Origin: Hyalangium minutum
GTDB lineage: Bacteria > Myxococcota > Myxococcia > Myxococcales > Myxococcaceae
Assembly: GCF_000737315.1 (NCBI RefSeq)
Contig: NZ_JMCB01000013.1
Coordinates: 206,001-268,000, forward strand
DNA length: 62,000 nt
Reading direction: 5' to 3'
This document shows positions 9,274 through 17,421 of the stretch, in pieces. Position numbers and translations under genes: made by a program. A model generated the notes under the pieces. The model saw only the letters and a program-made list of their open reading frames with translations. It did not search any database and was not told the DNA's origin. The stretch's first letter is position 1. The number at the start of each line of letters is the position of its first letter.

Positions 9274-10041
9274 GTGGAGCTGACGCTCGTCTCGTACAAC
9301 ATCCACAGCGGCATCGGCACGGACGGCCGGTTTGATCTGCACCGGGTGGGCGAGGTGCTGCGAGAGATTGACGCGGACATCATCGCCCTGCAGGAGGTGG
9401 GGGACTTCCGGGGCAAGACATCCCGGGAGGACCAGCCCGAGCACCTGGCGGATCTGCTCGGGCTCCACATGGCATTCGGCCCGAACGTGGTGCGCCAGGG
9501 CCGGCGCTATGGGAACGCGGTGCTGGCGCGCCTGCCCATCCTCAAGTCGAAGAACTACGATCTCAGCGTGGAGAGCCGCGAGCCGCGCGGCGCCCTTCGG
9601 TGTGATCTGGATCTGGGTGGGGGGCGGCAACTGCACCTGTTCTGCCTGCACCTGGGGTTGTCGCTCGGCGAGCGCCGCAGGCAGGAGAGCCTGCTGCTGT
9701 CGTCGGACATCCTCCGAGATGCGGTGCGCAAGGATCCGGTGGTGGTGTGCGGAGACTTCAACTACTGGGGCAACAAGCCCGTCCCCGCGCTGGTGCGGCG
9801 GGCCATCCACGACGCGGCGCTGGAACTTCGCACCCCGGCGCGGACCTACCCCTCCCGGCTGCCGCTGCTGCGGCTGGATCGCATCTTCGTGGACTCGGGT
9901 GTCCGCCCGCTCACCATCCGGCCACACCGTTCCTCCTTGGCCACGGTCACCTCGGACCACCTTCCGCTGGTGATGCGCTTCGAGGCCCCGGTGCTGACCG
10001 AAGCCGTGGCGGTCTCGGCACCCGTGCAGCTCATCGGCTAG
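9274..10041 (+). CDS. Endonuclease/exonuclease/phosphatase (EEP, YbhP-like) family protein
   Basis: SYNIH, DIIALQEV, YGNAVLAR, CGDFN, LDRIFV and SDHLPL motifs. Confidence 0.9.
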   Translation: MELTLVSYNIHSGIGTDGRFDLHRVGEVLREIDADIIALQEVGDFRGKTSREDQPEHLADLLGLHMAFGPNVVRQGRRYGNAVLARLPILKSKNYDLSVESREPRGALRCDLDLGGGRQLHLFCLHLGLSLGERRRQESLLLSSDILRDAVRKDPVVVCGDFNYWGNKPVPALVRRAIHDAALELRTPARTYPSRLPLLRLDRIFVDSGVRPLTIRPHRSSLATVTSDHLPLVMRFEAPVLTEAVAVSAPVQLIG

Positions 10042-10064
10042 CGTGGGGGCTCCAGCGGCGTTCA

Positions 10065-10081
10065 TTGGCCGACGCTTTGCG
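10065..10081 (+). promoter_or_regulatory. Candidate sigma54 (-24/-12) promoter
   Basis: TTGGCCGACGCTTTGC: GG(10067-68)-N10-GC(10079-80) in TGGC/TTGC context, about 100 nt upstream of the small-membrane-protein cluster. Confidence 0.4.
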
Positions 10082-10181
10082 GCCGCTGGACACAAGAAGC
10101 ACGCGACGGGTTGTCGCGGCGGGGGTGGATGCCTAGGTTGGCTCCGCCTGTGGGATGAGAGCAGCGCCGGCCGGAGAGTCG

Positions 10182-10634
10182 ATGAACTTGGGGACGGAAC
10201 AGACGGAGCGCGGGATCTCCGCGATCGTCGGACGGATGGCGGACAGCTTCAGCCGTCTGGTGTCTCAGCACATCACCCTGGCGCGCCTGGAACTGGCCGA
10301 GGATGCCAAGGCCATGGCTCGCGACGTGGCGAGCATCGTCGTCTTCGTGCCTTTCCTGATGGTGGGCTGGGTCTTCCTGTGCGGCGCGATCGCCGTGGCG
10401 CTGGCGCAGGCGATCGGCTACGGCTGGGCCTTGGCAGCCGTGGGCGGCGTCCACATGGTGGGGGGAGGGATCGGCATCTGGACAGCCCTGTCCCGGCTCA
10501 AGAATCGCCAGGTCATGAATGACACGGGCGAAGAACTTTCGCGCAGCATGGCGGTGCTCACCTCGGCGAGCCCCGCCGCAGTGCCCTCTTCACAGCCTCG
10601 CAACGTGCTCAAGGAGCCCCCGAATGCCCAGTAA
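10182..10634 (+). CDS. Phage_holin_3_6/DUF1469-like two-TM membrane protein
   Basis: Amphipathic N-helix (LVSQHITLARLELAEDAK) followed by two TM helices; no phage context. Confidence 0.75.
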   Translation: MNLGTEQTERGISAIVGRMADSFSRLVSQHITLARLELAEDAKAMARDVASIVVFVPFLMVGWVFLCGAIAVALAQAIGYGWALAAVGGVHMVGGGIGIWTALSRLKNRQVMNDTGEELSRSMAVLTSASPAAVPSSQPRNVLKEPPNAQ

Positions 10635-10839
10635 TGGACAGCCCAAGGCTGAGCCCCGAAGTCCCGCCGCGCTGCGCGCCGAGATCGAGCGCACCCGCGC
10701 GGAACTGGCCACCTCGGTCACTGCGTTGCGCCAGGAGGTCGCCGAGACCGTGGACTGGCGGGCCTGGGTGCGCAAGCGCCCGCTGCTGGCCGTGGGCGCC
10801 GCGTTCACAGTTGGGTTCGTGATCGCCTACCGCCGCTGA
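10624..10839 (+). CDS. DUF3618-like small protein
   Basis: LRAEIERTRAELATSVTAL...WVRKRPLLAVGAAFTVGF; ATG overlaps the upstream stop. Confidence 0.75.
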   Translation: MPSNGQPKAEPRSPAALRAEIERTRAELATSVTALRQEVAETVDWRAWVRKRPLLAVGAAFTVGFVIAYRR

Positions 10840-10899
10840 CGGCCGCCAACACCTTCACCCACCACTGTCATTCGTTTTCAACTCACAGGAGAGGCTTCG

Positions 10900-11100
10900 A
10901 TGGAGATGAATCCGCAGCAGATCCAGGACCGCGCGCGTGAAATTCAGGAGCGTATCGTGCCGCAGATCGAAGAGGCGCGGCGCAACCTGGTGGATGTGAA
11001 CACCCGCGTGGTGAGCTTCATCCGCGCCAACCCGGGCACCTGCCTGGTGGGTGCGGTGGCCCTGGGCTTCCTCATCGGCAAGATCGCCTCGCGCCGCTGA
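10900..11100 (+). CDS. Small C-tail-anchored protein (ElaB/YqjD/DUF883-like)
   Basis: FIRANPGTCLVGAVALGFLIGKIASRR C-terminal motif; AGGAGAGG RBS. Confidence 0.7.
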   Translation: MEMNPQQIQDRAREIQERIVPQIEEARRNLVDVNTRVVSFIRANPGTCLVGAVALGFLIGKIASRR

Positions 11101-11135
11101 TCCTCGCCGTCCTTTCGTCACACCGAGAAAACACC

Positions 11136-11585
11136 ATGACGACCTTTCAGAACACCCAGAGCAACGGCTCTCACACCAGCGGCGACGATCAGGGGTTTGG
11201 CGAGCGCGTGGATCAGATCGGCTCGGAGGCCCAGCAGCTGTGGAGCAATGCGCGCACTGCGGTGTCGGACCTGGGCCAGACGCTGGATCTCAAGGGCCGG
11301 GTGGATCGCAACCCGTACGGGATGATGGCTGCGGCGATCGGCGTGGGCTACGTGCTGGGCGGGGGACTCTTCACCCCGCTGACCGGGCGGATCCTGAAGC
11401 TGGGCGTGCGCTTGGCGATGCTGCCCTTCGTCAAGGACGAGCTGCTGGGCATGGCCGAGGCCGCGCTCCAGGGCTATCAGGCGGGCCAGTCCAGCGTGGG
11501 CGGGCAGAGTGGGGGAGGGGGGCAGAGCGGCGCCACGGGAATCGGCACCTCGCCTCGGACGGGCGGTCCTGGCAACATCAGCTGA
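11136..11585 (+). CDS. Hypothetical membrane-associated protein (DUF883-like core, Gly-rich tail)
   Basis: VDRNPYGMMAAAIGVGYVLGGGL motif; coding-like codon usage. Confidence 0.7.
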   Translation: MTTFQNTQSNGSHTSGDDQGFGERVDQIGSEAQQLWSNARTAVSDLGQTLDLKGRVDRNPYGMMAAAIGVGYVLGGGLFTPLTGRILKLGVRLAMLPFVKDELLGMAEAALQGYQAGQSSVGGQSGGGGQSGATGIGTSPRTGGPGNIS

Positions 11586-11633
11586 GCCGTCGTTTGCGCG
11601 CCACATCTTCACTTGAACCCTGGGAGTTCCCGC

Positions 11634-11906
11634 ATGTTTGGAGTCAGTGACCTCAAGAAGTTGGACAAGGACGAGCTGCTCAACCTGATCGGGCTCGAGA
11701 CCCGGAAGGAGACCAGCGACTACCTGCTGCCGGCGCTGGGCGCCTTTACGGTGGGAGTGCTGCTGGGCGTGGGCGTGGGGCTGATGCTCGCGCCCAAGCC
11801 GGGCAATGAGCTCCGCAATGATCTGCGCAACCGGTTCCAGCCCGGCCAGGAGCCGGTTACGGGCGCTGGTGCGACGCGGACCGAGAACGTCTCGCGCGGC
11901 GTGTAG
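11634..11906 (+). CDS. YtxH-domain protein
   Basis: LGAFTVGVLLGVGVGLMLAPKPGNELRNDL is a YtxH signature; ATG 11634 with GGGAG RBS. Confidence 0.8.
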   Translation: MFGVSDLKKLDKDELLNLIGLETRKETSDYLLPALGAFTVGVLLGVGVGLMLAPKPGNELRNDLRNRFQPGQEPVTGAGATRTENVSRGV

Positions 11907-11928
11907 CCGGGCACAGAGGGTTTCTCCT

Positions 11929-11979
11929 CGGGCCTCCCCTGGGCGCGCCACCCGCGTCCGGGCGGAGGCCCGTGCTTTT
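11929..11979 (+). terminator. Rho-independent terminator
   Basis: Stem cgggcctcc / ggaggcccg with an inner stem, followed by tgctttt. Confidence 0.7.
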
Positions 11980-12002
11980 GGAGCGCTCCCTACCCAAGAG
12001 GT

Positions 12003-13172
12003 ATGTCAGACCCAGCTGGTTTCATGAGGTCACCTGGAACGAGGAAGGTGGCGGACATGGAACCGATGGGGCTCGTCTCACGCGTCGCGGGGGATTTGGA
12101 GCGGCTGATCGCGCAGGACCGGCTGCCGAGGGATGGACGGCTTCCCTCGGAGCGACTGCTCTCGCGGCAGTATGGCGTCTCACGGACGACGGTCCGGGAG
12201 GCGTTGAGTCACTTGGCATCGCGAGGGCTGATCGTGCAGCACCCGGGCCGTAGGAGCCGCGCGGTGGTGCTGGACGAGACCGTGAACCTGGAGACTCTGG
12301 GGGTGGCGCTGCAGGGAGAAGGCCCAGCGCACCCAGAGAGGAGCCGGCTGCTGGAAGGGTTCCTCTCGCTCAAGCGGGAGCTGATGGTGGAGTTGCTGGC
12401 CATCTGCGGCGAGCGCGCTTCCAAGGAGGAACTGGACCTGCTGGCGAATGCCTGTTTGGCGCTGAGGGATGCTGCTCGCTGGGAGGAGAACCGAGGCCAG
12501 TGGGCTGTGTGGGAGTTCGAACTTCTGAGGCGCGCGGCCCGCGTAGCCGATCGTCCTGGGCACGTGCTGCTCATCCATTCATTGGAGAGATCCTTTTGGA
12601 AGATGGCAGGCCGGGTGCTGCCGCATCTTGATTCCGAGGCCATCTGCCGGTGGGCCGAGTGCGCGTTCTACGCTCTGGTGACGAAGGACGTGCAGGCCCT
12701 GCGCAAAGACCTGCTGCCACTGTTGGAGTCTTGCGATGAGCGGCTTTTTGGCAGCCGCGAGAGAGTCGGCAAGAAGGCCGGCTCGTACACAGCGTTGCCT
12801 GCGGAGGTGACCGATTCCGAAGACATCCCCTCCGGAGCCACTCCCTTCGAAGCTTGCACCGTTGAAGCCACTGCTTCCGAGAGTGCTCCTCCCGAACTCA
12901 GGGTTGCCGAGCCTCCTTCTTCTGCGGCTCCCTTGTTCGAGGTCGCCATCGGTGAGGAAGTAACTTCCGACGGCTCCTCCTCCACCTCTGTAGGACCCAT
13001 CTTCTCAGTGGGACTTGGGGCTGAGGAGAACTCGGCGCCCGAGGTCTCCGATAGACAGGGGCTGGCGGGCGCGGTTTGGACGAGGTGGTCTGATTGTCAG
13101 ACCAGTTCGTACGAAACGACGTCGGCAGGCGCTCCTTCGCCCGAGCCAGACAGCGGCTGGCGGTCGGGTTGA
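12003..13172 (+). CDS. GntR/FadR-family regulator with long low-complexity acidic/Ser-Pro C-terminal tail
   Basis: LPSERLLSRQYGVSRTTVREALSHLASRGLI wHTH and a divergent FCD-like domain; alternative start ATG 12057. Confidence 0.85.
   Translation: MSDPAGFMRSPGTRKVADMEPMGLVSRVAGDLERLIAQDRLPRDGRLPSERLLSRQYGVSRTTVREALSHLASRGLIVQHPGRRSRAVVLDETVNLETLGVALQGEGPAHPERSRLLEGFLSLKRELMVELLAICGERASKEELDLLANACLALRDAARWEENRGQWAVWEFELLRRAARVADRPGHVLLIHSLERSFWKMAGRVLPHLDSEAICRWAECAFYALVTKDVQALRKDLLPLLESCDERLFGSRERVGKKAGSYTALPAEVTDSEDIPSGATPFEACTVEATASESAPPELRVAEPPSSAAPLFEVAIGEEVTSDGSSSTSVGPIFSVGLGAEENSAPEVSDRQGLAGAVWTRWSDCQTSSYETTSAGAPSPEPDSGWRSG
13086..13104. promoter_or_regulatory. Perfect palindrome TGGTCTGA-TTG-TCAGACCA containing a FadR-type box
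   Basis: 8-bp inverted repeat; TTGTCAGACCA fits TNGT-N3-ACNA; the core TGTCAGACC recurs at 12004-12012. Confidence 0.55.
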
Positions 13173-13354
13173 CCCCACAGAGTCGGCCTCTTCGCCCCGG
13201 TAAGGTGGAGCAACTCAAGTGGGTTCGCTATGAGGCCGCGAGCGTGCTTGCCGGTGGACTCCATGGCGCTCGGGGCTTGGGCCTTCCGGGCATGGCTCTG
13301 CAGGAGAACCCGTTCCTTGGGTTCACGTTCTGGCACTAGGGTAGACTGCGCGTC

Positions 13355-14452
13355 ATGGCCAAGGGCAGGACTCCGAAGCAACGTCGGCCGGGAACGGGCA
13401 CCAAGCGCAAAGCGGACCCGTCACCGCCGAAGAGAACGACCTCCGCCATCGTGACGACGGGCAGGAAGAGGCCCGTGCTTGCACCGACGCGTTCCGAAGC
13501 GCCTGCTCTTGTGCAGGGAATCTCGGAGGCTCGCCAAGATCTATCGAGAGAACTCCCGACGGCGGTCCCTGTGCCCGGGGAGAGCCGTGAGGGGTCCGAG
13601 GCGGTGCTTGCGCGGTTGCGCAGCTTGGAGACGCTGGAGACGGCTTATGAGGCGTGGCTCGCGCTGAAACTGGAGCACAGTGCCGCCCGCCTTCGCTTCA
13701 AGGAGGAGCGTGAGCGCCTGGATCAGCAGGGTTCGTTCCTCGTGGGCGCTGTTCGCGCAGCGGGCGTCGAGCCCAGGCCTGGCAGTGAGCCCGGTTTGCT
13801 TCCTGCTGGCGCTGAGAGCTTCCTTCGTAACGCCGAAGCCAAGCTCGCGCACGCTCGCGAGGAACTGGCTCGCAGGGAGGTGGAGTCGGAGGCCTTCTAT
13901 CAGAAGGGCTTCGATGAGATCCGCACTACGCTCACCGATCGCGTCCAGCGCTACCTTGCCTCGTCTCGCCCCAGCTTGAAGCTGCTCTTGCGCAAGCTGG
14001 GGGTGACGCGCTCCATTTTGCACGTGGCACGGGTTGGCGGTGACGAGAGCGTGCTGCTCTGCTTTCTCTTCACCGGACGCATTCCCACCCGCTACGGCTT
14101 CCTCTTCGATGACTCCACCGAGGACGTCTCGCTGGCCCCCGCGCCCCTTTATCCGGATGAAGGCGTGGACATGCAGGGCACTCGCCCTGATGCCACGGCC
14201 CTGGGGGCGCGGATGGGGGCTCCCGGTGGGGCATTGCCACTCAAGGGGTTCTTGCCCGTCTTCGTCCCTCGCCCCGAGGGTGGAGAGGACTTCTTCCGGC
14301 TGCTCCAACGTGGACCCGTGATGGAGGTCGAGGTCGCCGACGGCGCCACGTTCCGCAATATCCTCTCCCGCGAGGAGTCAGAGCGCTTCGCGGGCCACCT
14401 GCTGCGGCTGAAGCTCGAAGAGAAGATCGAACTTGAGATCGAGGCTGGCTGA
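13355..14452 (+). CDS. Hypothetical protein (basic N-terminus, coiled coil, globular C-domain)
   Basis: 365-aa ORF; TAGACT 7 nt before the ATG. Confidence 0.75.
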   Translation: MAKGRTPKQRRPGTGTKRKADPSPPKRTTSAIVTTGRKRPVLAPTRSEAPALVQGISEARQDLSRELPTAVPVPGESREGSEAVLARLRSLETLETAYEAWLALKLEHSAARLRFKEERERLDQQGSFLVGAVRAAGVEPRPGSEPGLLPAGAESFLRNAEAKLAHAREELARREVESEAFYQKGFDEIRTTLTDRVQRYLASSRPSLKLLLRKLGVTRSILHVARVGGDESVLLCFLFTGRIPTRYGFLFDDSTEDVSLAPAPLYPDEGVDMQGTRPDATALGARMGAPGGALPLKGFLPVFVPRPEGGEDFFRLLQRGPVMEVEVADGATFRNILSREESERFAGHLLRLKLEEKIELEIEAG

Positions 14453-14552
14453 GGGGTGGTGAGGCAGGCCGCTGCCGCGCCTCGGAGGATCCGCCGATTT
14501 CATCCGAGGATTCACTCTCCTCCCGGAGTCCGTCCGCTCGTACTCATGTCCC

Positions 14553-15521
14553 ATGACACTGGCCTCCGTGAGGCAGAGCATGACGGGACAGGATGTGGAA
14601 ACCGTGGATGTGGTGATTGTCGGAGGCGGACCTGCGGGCCTGAACGCCGCCCTGACGCTGGGCCGCGCCCGGAAGCGGGTGCTGCTCTGCGACGCCGGGC
14701 CTCCTCGGAATGCCGCGGCCGAGCACATTCACGGCTTCGTCACCCGTGACGGAACGCCACCCCGGGAGTTCCGCCAGATCGCCCGTGAGCAGCTGCGGCC
14801 CTACGGCGTCCAGCTTCGCGAGGCACGCGTGGAGGCCGTACAGACGCTCGCCTCCGGCTTTCAGGTGGTTCTTCAGGGCGCAGGTGCCGTGAGTGCCCGT
14901 CGCGTGCTGCTGGCCACAGGCATGGTGGATGTGCTTCCAGACCTGCCGGGGTTCCGGGAGCTCTGGGGCAAGAGCATCTTCCAGTGCCCTTACTGCCACG
15001 GCTGGGAAGTCCAAGGGCAGGCCTTTGGTGTGCTCGCCACCCAGCCGCCGCTTCTGGACTTTGCCCTGTTTCTCACGGGGTGGTCCCCGCACATCACCGT
15101 GTTCACCGAGCAGCGCTTCGAGCTCCCTCCAGAGCAGCGGGAGCGCCTCCTGCGCGCTGGCGTGCAGCTCGAGGAGCGGCGCATCCGCCGGCTGCTCCCA
15201 GGAGCTGAGGACGGAGCGAGGGCTGGGTTGCTCGAAGCGGTGGAGTTGGAGGATGGGACGCGGGTGGCTCGGGAGGTGCTTTTCGCGCCCCCTCCCCAAC
15301 AGCAGTCACGGGTGGTTCAGCAACTCGGGCTCGCGCTGGATGAACTGGGGTGCGTCCGCGTGAACGCTCACTATGAGACCTCCATCCCGGGCATTTATGC
15401 CGCCGGGGATCTGACGACGCGTCTTCAAGGCGCGGTGATCGCCGCCGCCGCCGGGTGTGCGGCCGCCTCCATGCTGAACCATGCCCTCAACCTCGAGAGC
15501 GCTGAGCATGGAAGCCGTTGA
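14553..15521 (+). CDS. Thioredoxin-reductase-like FAD-dependent dithiol oxidoreductase
   Basis: VVIVGGGPAGLNAA, LLATG, CPYCHGWE, TSIPGIYAAGD; alternative start 14580. Confidence 0.88.
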   Translation: MTLASVRQSMTGQDVETVDVVIVGGGPAGLNAALTLGRARKRVLLCDAGPPRNAAAEHIHGFVTRDGTPPREFRQIAREQLRPYGVQLREARVEAVQTLASGFQVVLQGAGAVSARRVLLATGMVDVLPDLPGFRELWGKSIFQCPYCHGWEVQGQAFGVLATQPPLLDFALFLTGWSPHITVFTEQRFELPPEQRERLLRAGVQLEERRIRRLLPGAEDGARAGLLEAVELEDGTRVAREVLFAPPPQQQSRVVQQLGLALDELGCVRVNAHYETSIPGIYAAGDLTTRLQGAVIAAAAGCAAASMLNHALNLESAEHGSR

Positions 15522-15552
15522 GGCCCCTCGAGGTTCTGGCTACGAAGGCGCG

Positions 15553-16455
15553 ATGCCCAGTCCCCGTGCACCGCAGCGCCCACGACGCGAGCCCTCTCGC
15601 GAAGACTTCGAATCGCTCCGGGTGCCTCTTTGGGTCAGCCGCTATGAGCACGAGGAGCGTGTTCCCTGCGGCCCCCCTGGCCCTGCCGTTCACACCTATG
15701 CGGTCATCATCCTCGTCACACGAGGCCAGGCGCGAGTTCGTCACGCGGGCGAGCAGGTGCTGCGGGCCGGAGATGTTCACCTCATTCCTCCCGGAGATCC
15801 GCATGGGCCGGCTCATCTCGAGGAGGTCGAGGGATGGGCGCTCGCTTTCCGGCCCGAGGCCCTGTCCCAGGAGGACGCGGGGTGGGGGAGCGAGAGCGCG
15901 GTCCACCTGGGGCCCTTTGTCCGGATCCGCAGCGGGTGCCACCCCGTGCTCCGGCCTTCTCCGGCTCAGCGCGGCCGGCTCTTGCACTGGTTCAAGCTCA
16001 TCCAGGCGGAGCTTGCCCAGGAGGAGCCCGGACGGGACGACGCCCTTCGCGCCCTGCTCCGGCTGGTGCTCGTCGAGCTGTCACGCATCGAGGCGCCCCA
16101 GAGCACTCCCGAGCTCGTGGGCCTCAGCCTGGCCCGACGTGCCCTCACGCATATCGAGGCCCACTGCCTCCAGCCGCTGTCGCTGACGGAGGTGGCGGCC
16201 GCCCTGGGCCGCTCCCCCACGCATGTGGCGGGCGTCGTCCGCCGGGAGACAGGGCGGACCGTCGGCGAGTGGATCCTGGAGTACCGCATGGCCGAGGCCC
16301 GCCGGCGCCTCCGGGGCACCGACGAGCGCGTGGACATCATCGCCGAGCGCGTGGGTTACGCGGATGTGACGCACTTCATCCGCCTCTTCCGGCGCGTCCA
16401 CGGCGTCACGCCTGCCGCCTGGAGGCGCCGGGTGACCAGCGCTTCCGGGGGCTGA
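15553..16455 (+). CDS. AraC family regulator (cupin + HTH)
   Basis: HTYAVIILVTRG cupin; RMAEARRRL...IAERVGYADVTHFIRLFRRVHGVTPAAWR. Start could be 15508. Confidence 0.9.
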   Translation: MPSPRAPQRPRREPSREDFESLRVPLWVSRYEHEERVPCGPPGPAVHTYAVIILVTRGQARVRHAGEQVLRAGDVHLIPPGDPHGPAHLEEVEGWALAFRPEALSQEDAGWGSESAVHLGPFVRIRSGCHPVLRPSPAQRGRLLHWFKLIQAELAQEEPGRDDALRALLRLVLVELSRIEAPQSTPELVGLSLARRALTHIEAHCLQPLSLTEVAAALGRSPTHVAGVVRRETGRTVGEWILEYRMAEARRRLRGTDERVDIIAERVGYADVTHFIRLFRRVHGVTPAAWRRRVTSASGG

Positions 16456-16466
16456 GCCGCGCAGGG

Positions 16467-17330
16467 CTATTGCGTGTGCACCACGCCCACGTCCGCGGTG
16501 CCGGCCAGCAGCGCGCTTCCCAGGAAGAGGTTCTCCGACTGGGGGCCCCCAGTGCGAACCGACTGGAAGATGACCAGGTACGTCTGCTTCGGCAGAGGGA
16601 AGGCACTGCCGGGGATCGTTACGCGCTTCACCTTCCAGTCTACCGGCGCGGCGACGAGCTTGATGAAGTCCAGCGGAGCCTTCGGCACGTTCGTGTAGGT
16701 GGGCTCGCCCTGCTGGCCGCTGTCGCTCACCGGGATCACCGTCACGAAGCCCAGCGTCCGCTCCTGCCCAGAGGCCGGCTCTGCTCGGTCGAACGCCAGC
16801 TCCGTGTTAGCCGCCATCCGCACCACCCCCGCCGCCGGATGCAACGCGGGGATGTTCTCCCGGGCGGGCGCCTCCTTCACCTGGCCGACGAACTTCTCGC
16901 CCCCGCGCTCGGCGATGAATTCATAGGTGGCCCCGTTCTGGTATGTCAGCGTCGCGTCGCTGTTGCTCGAGCGGCTGTACGAGCCAAAGCCGTCGCTGGT
17001 GAGGGACACCTTCTGGGTGCCGTTGGTCTGTATTGTCACCGTGGCACCCGTCAGGCCCTCGGGGGTGGCGTTCGTTCCGTTGCGCGTGCCCATGAAGACC
17101 ACGGCCGCTGTCTGGCCCGGGAGGGTGAAGGAGGACTGGCCTCCGTCCGCCTGCACGCCCCCGTCCAGGCCCGCGACGGCCTCGGGCGAGATGGCCACAT
17201 CCGGTGTGGAGAGCAGGGTGCCCACCATCACCGTCTCGGCGGAGATCTGGTTCGCGGTCTTCTCGAGATCGCACGCCAGGGGTGCAAGGCAGCAGACGGC
17301 TACAGCGGAAAGCAGGAAGAGGCGTTTCAT
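16467..17330 (-). CDS. Beta-rich lipoprotein of unknown function
   Basis: MKRLFLLSAVAVCCLAPLAC lipobox; divergent from the CHASE2 cyclase. Confidence 0.75.
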   Translation of the reverse strand: MKRLFLLSAVAVCCLAPLACDLEKTANQISAETVMVGTLLSTPDVAISPEAVAGLDGGVQADGGQSSFTLPGQTAAVVFMGTRNGTNATPEGLTGATVTIQTNGTQKVSLTSDGFGSYSRSSNSDATLTYQNGATYEFIAERGGEKFVGQVKEAPARENIPALHPAAGVVRMAANTELAFDRAEPASGQERTLGFVTVIPVSDSGQQGEPTYTNVPKAPLDFIKLVAAPVDWKVKRVTIPGSAFPLPKQTYLVIFQSVRTGGPQSENLFLGSALLAGTADVGVVHTQ

Positions 17331-17421
17331 CTGAATCGAATCCTTCCAAGAAGCCCGGCCCTGCAAGAGAGCATATCAGTCCCCCCCACGACAGGCGCGG
17401 GCGCGGTATCCTTGTGGCCCC

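Noticed and set aside
10182-10634. Holin-like genes (also 55278-55703) as prophage evidence
   Set aside because: No integrase, capsid, tail or endolysin genes; the context is general-stress membrane proteins.
11990-13200. GntR cassette as an IS or transposon
   Set aside because: No transposase, terminal inverted repeats or target-site duplication found; kept only as an element-like regulator hypothesis.
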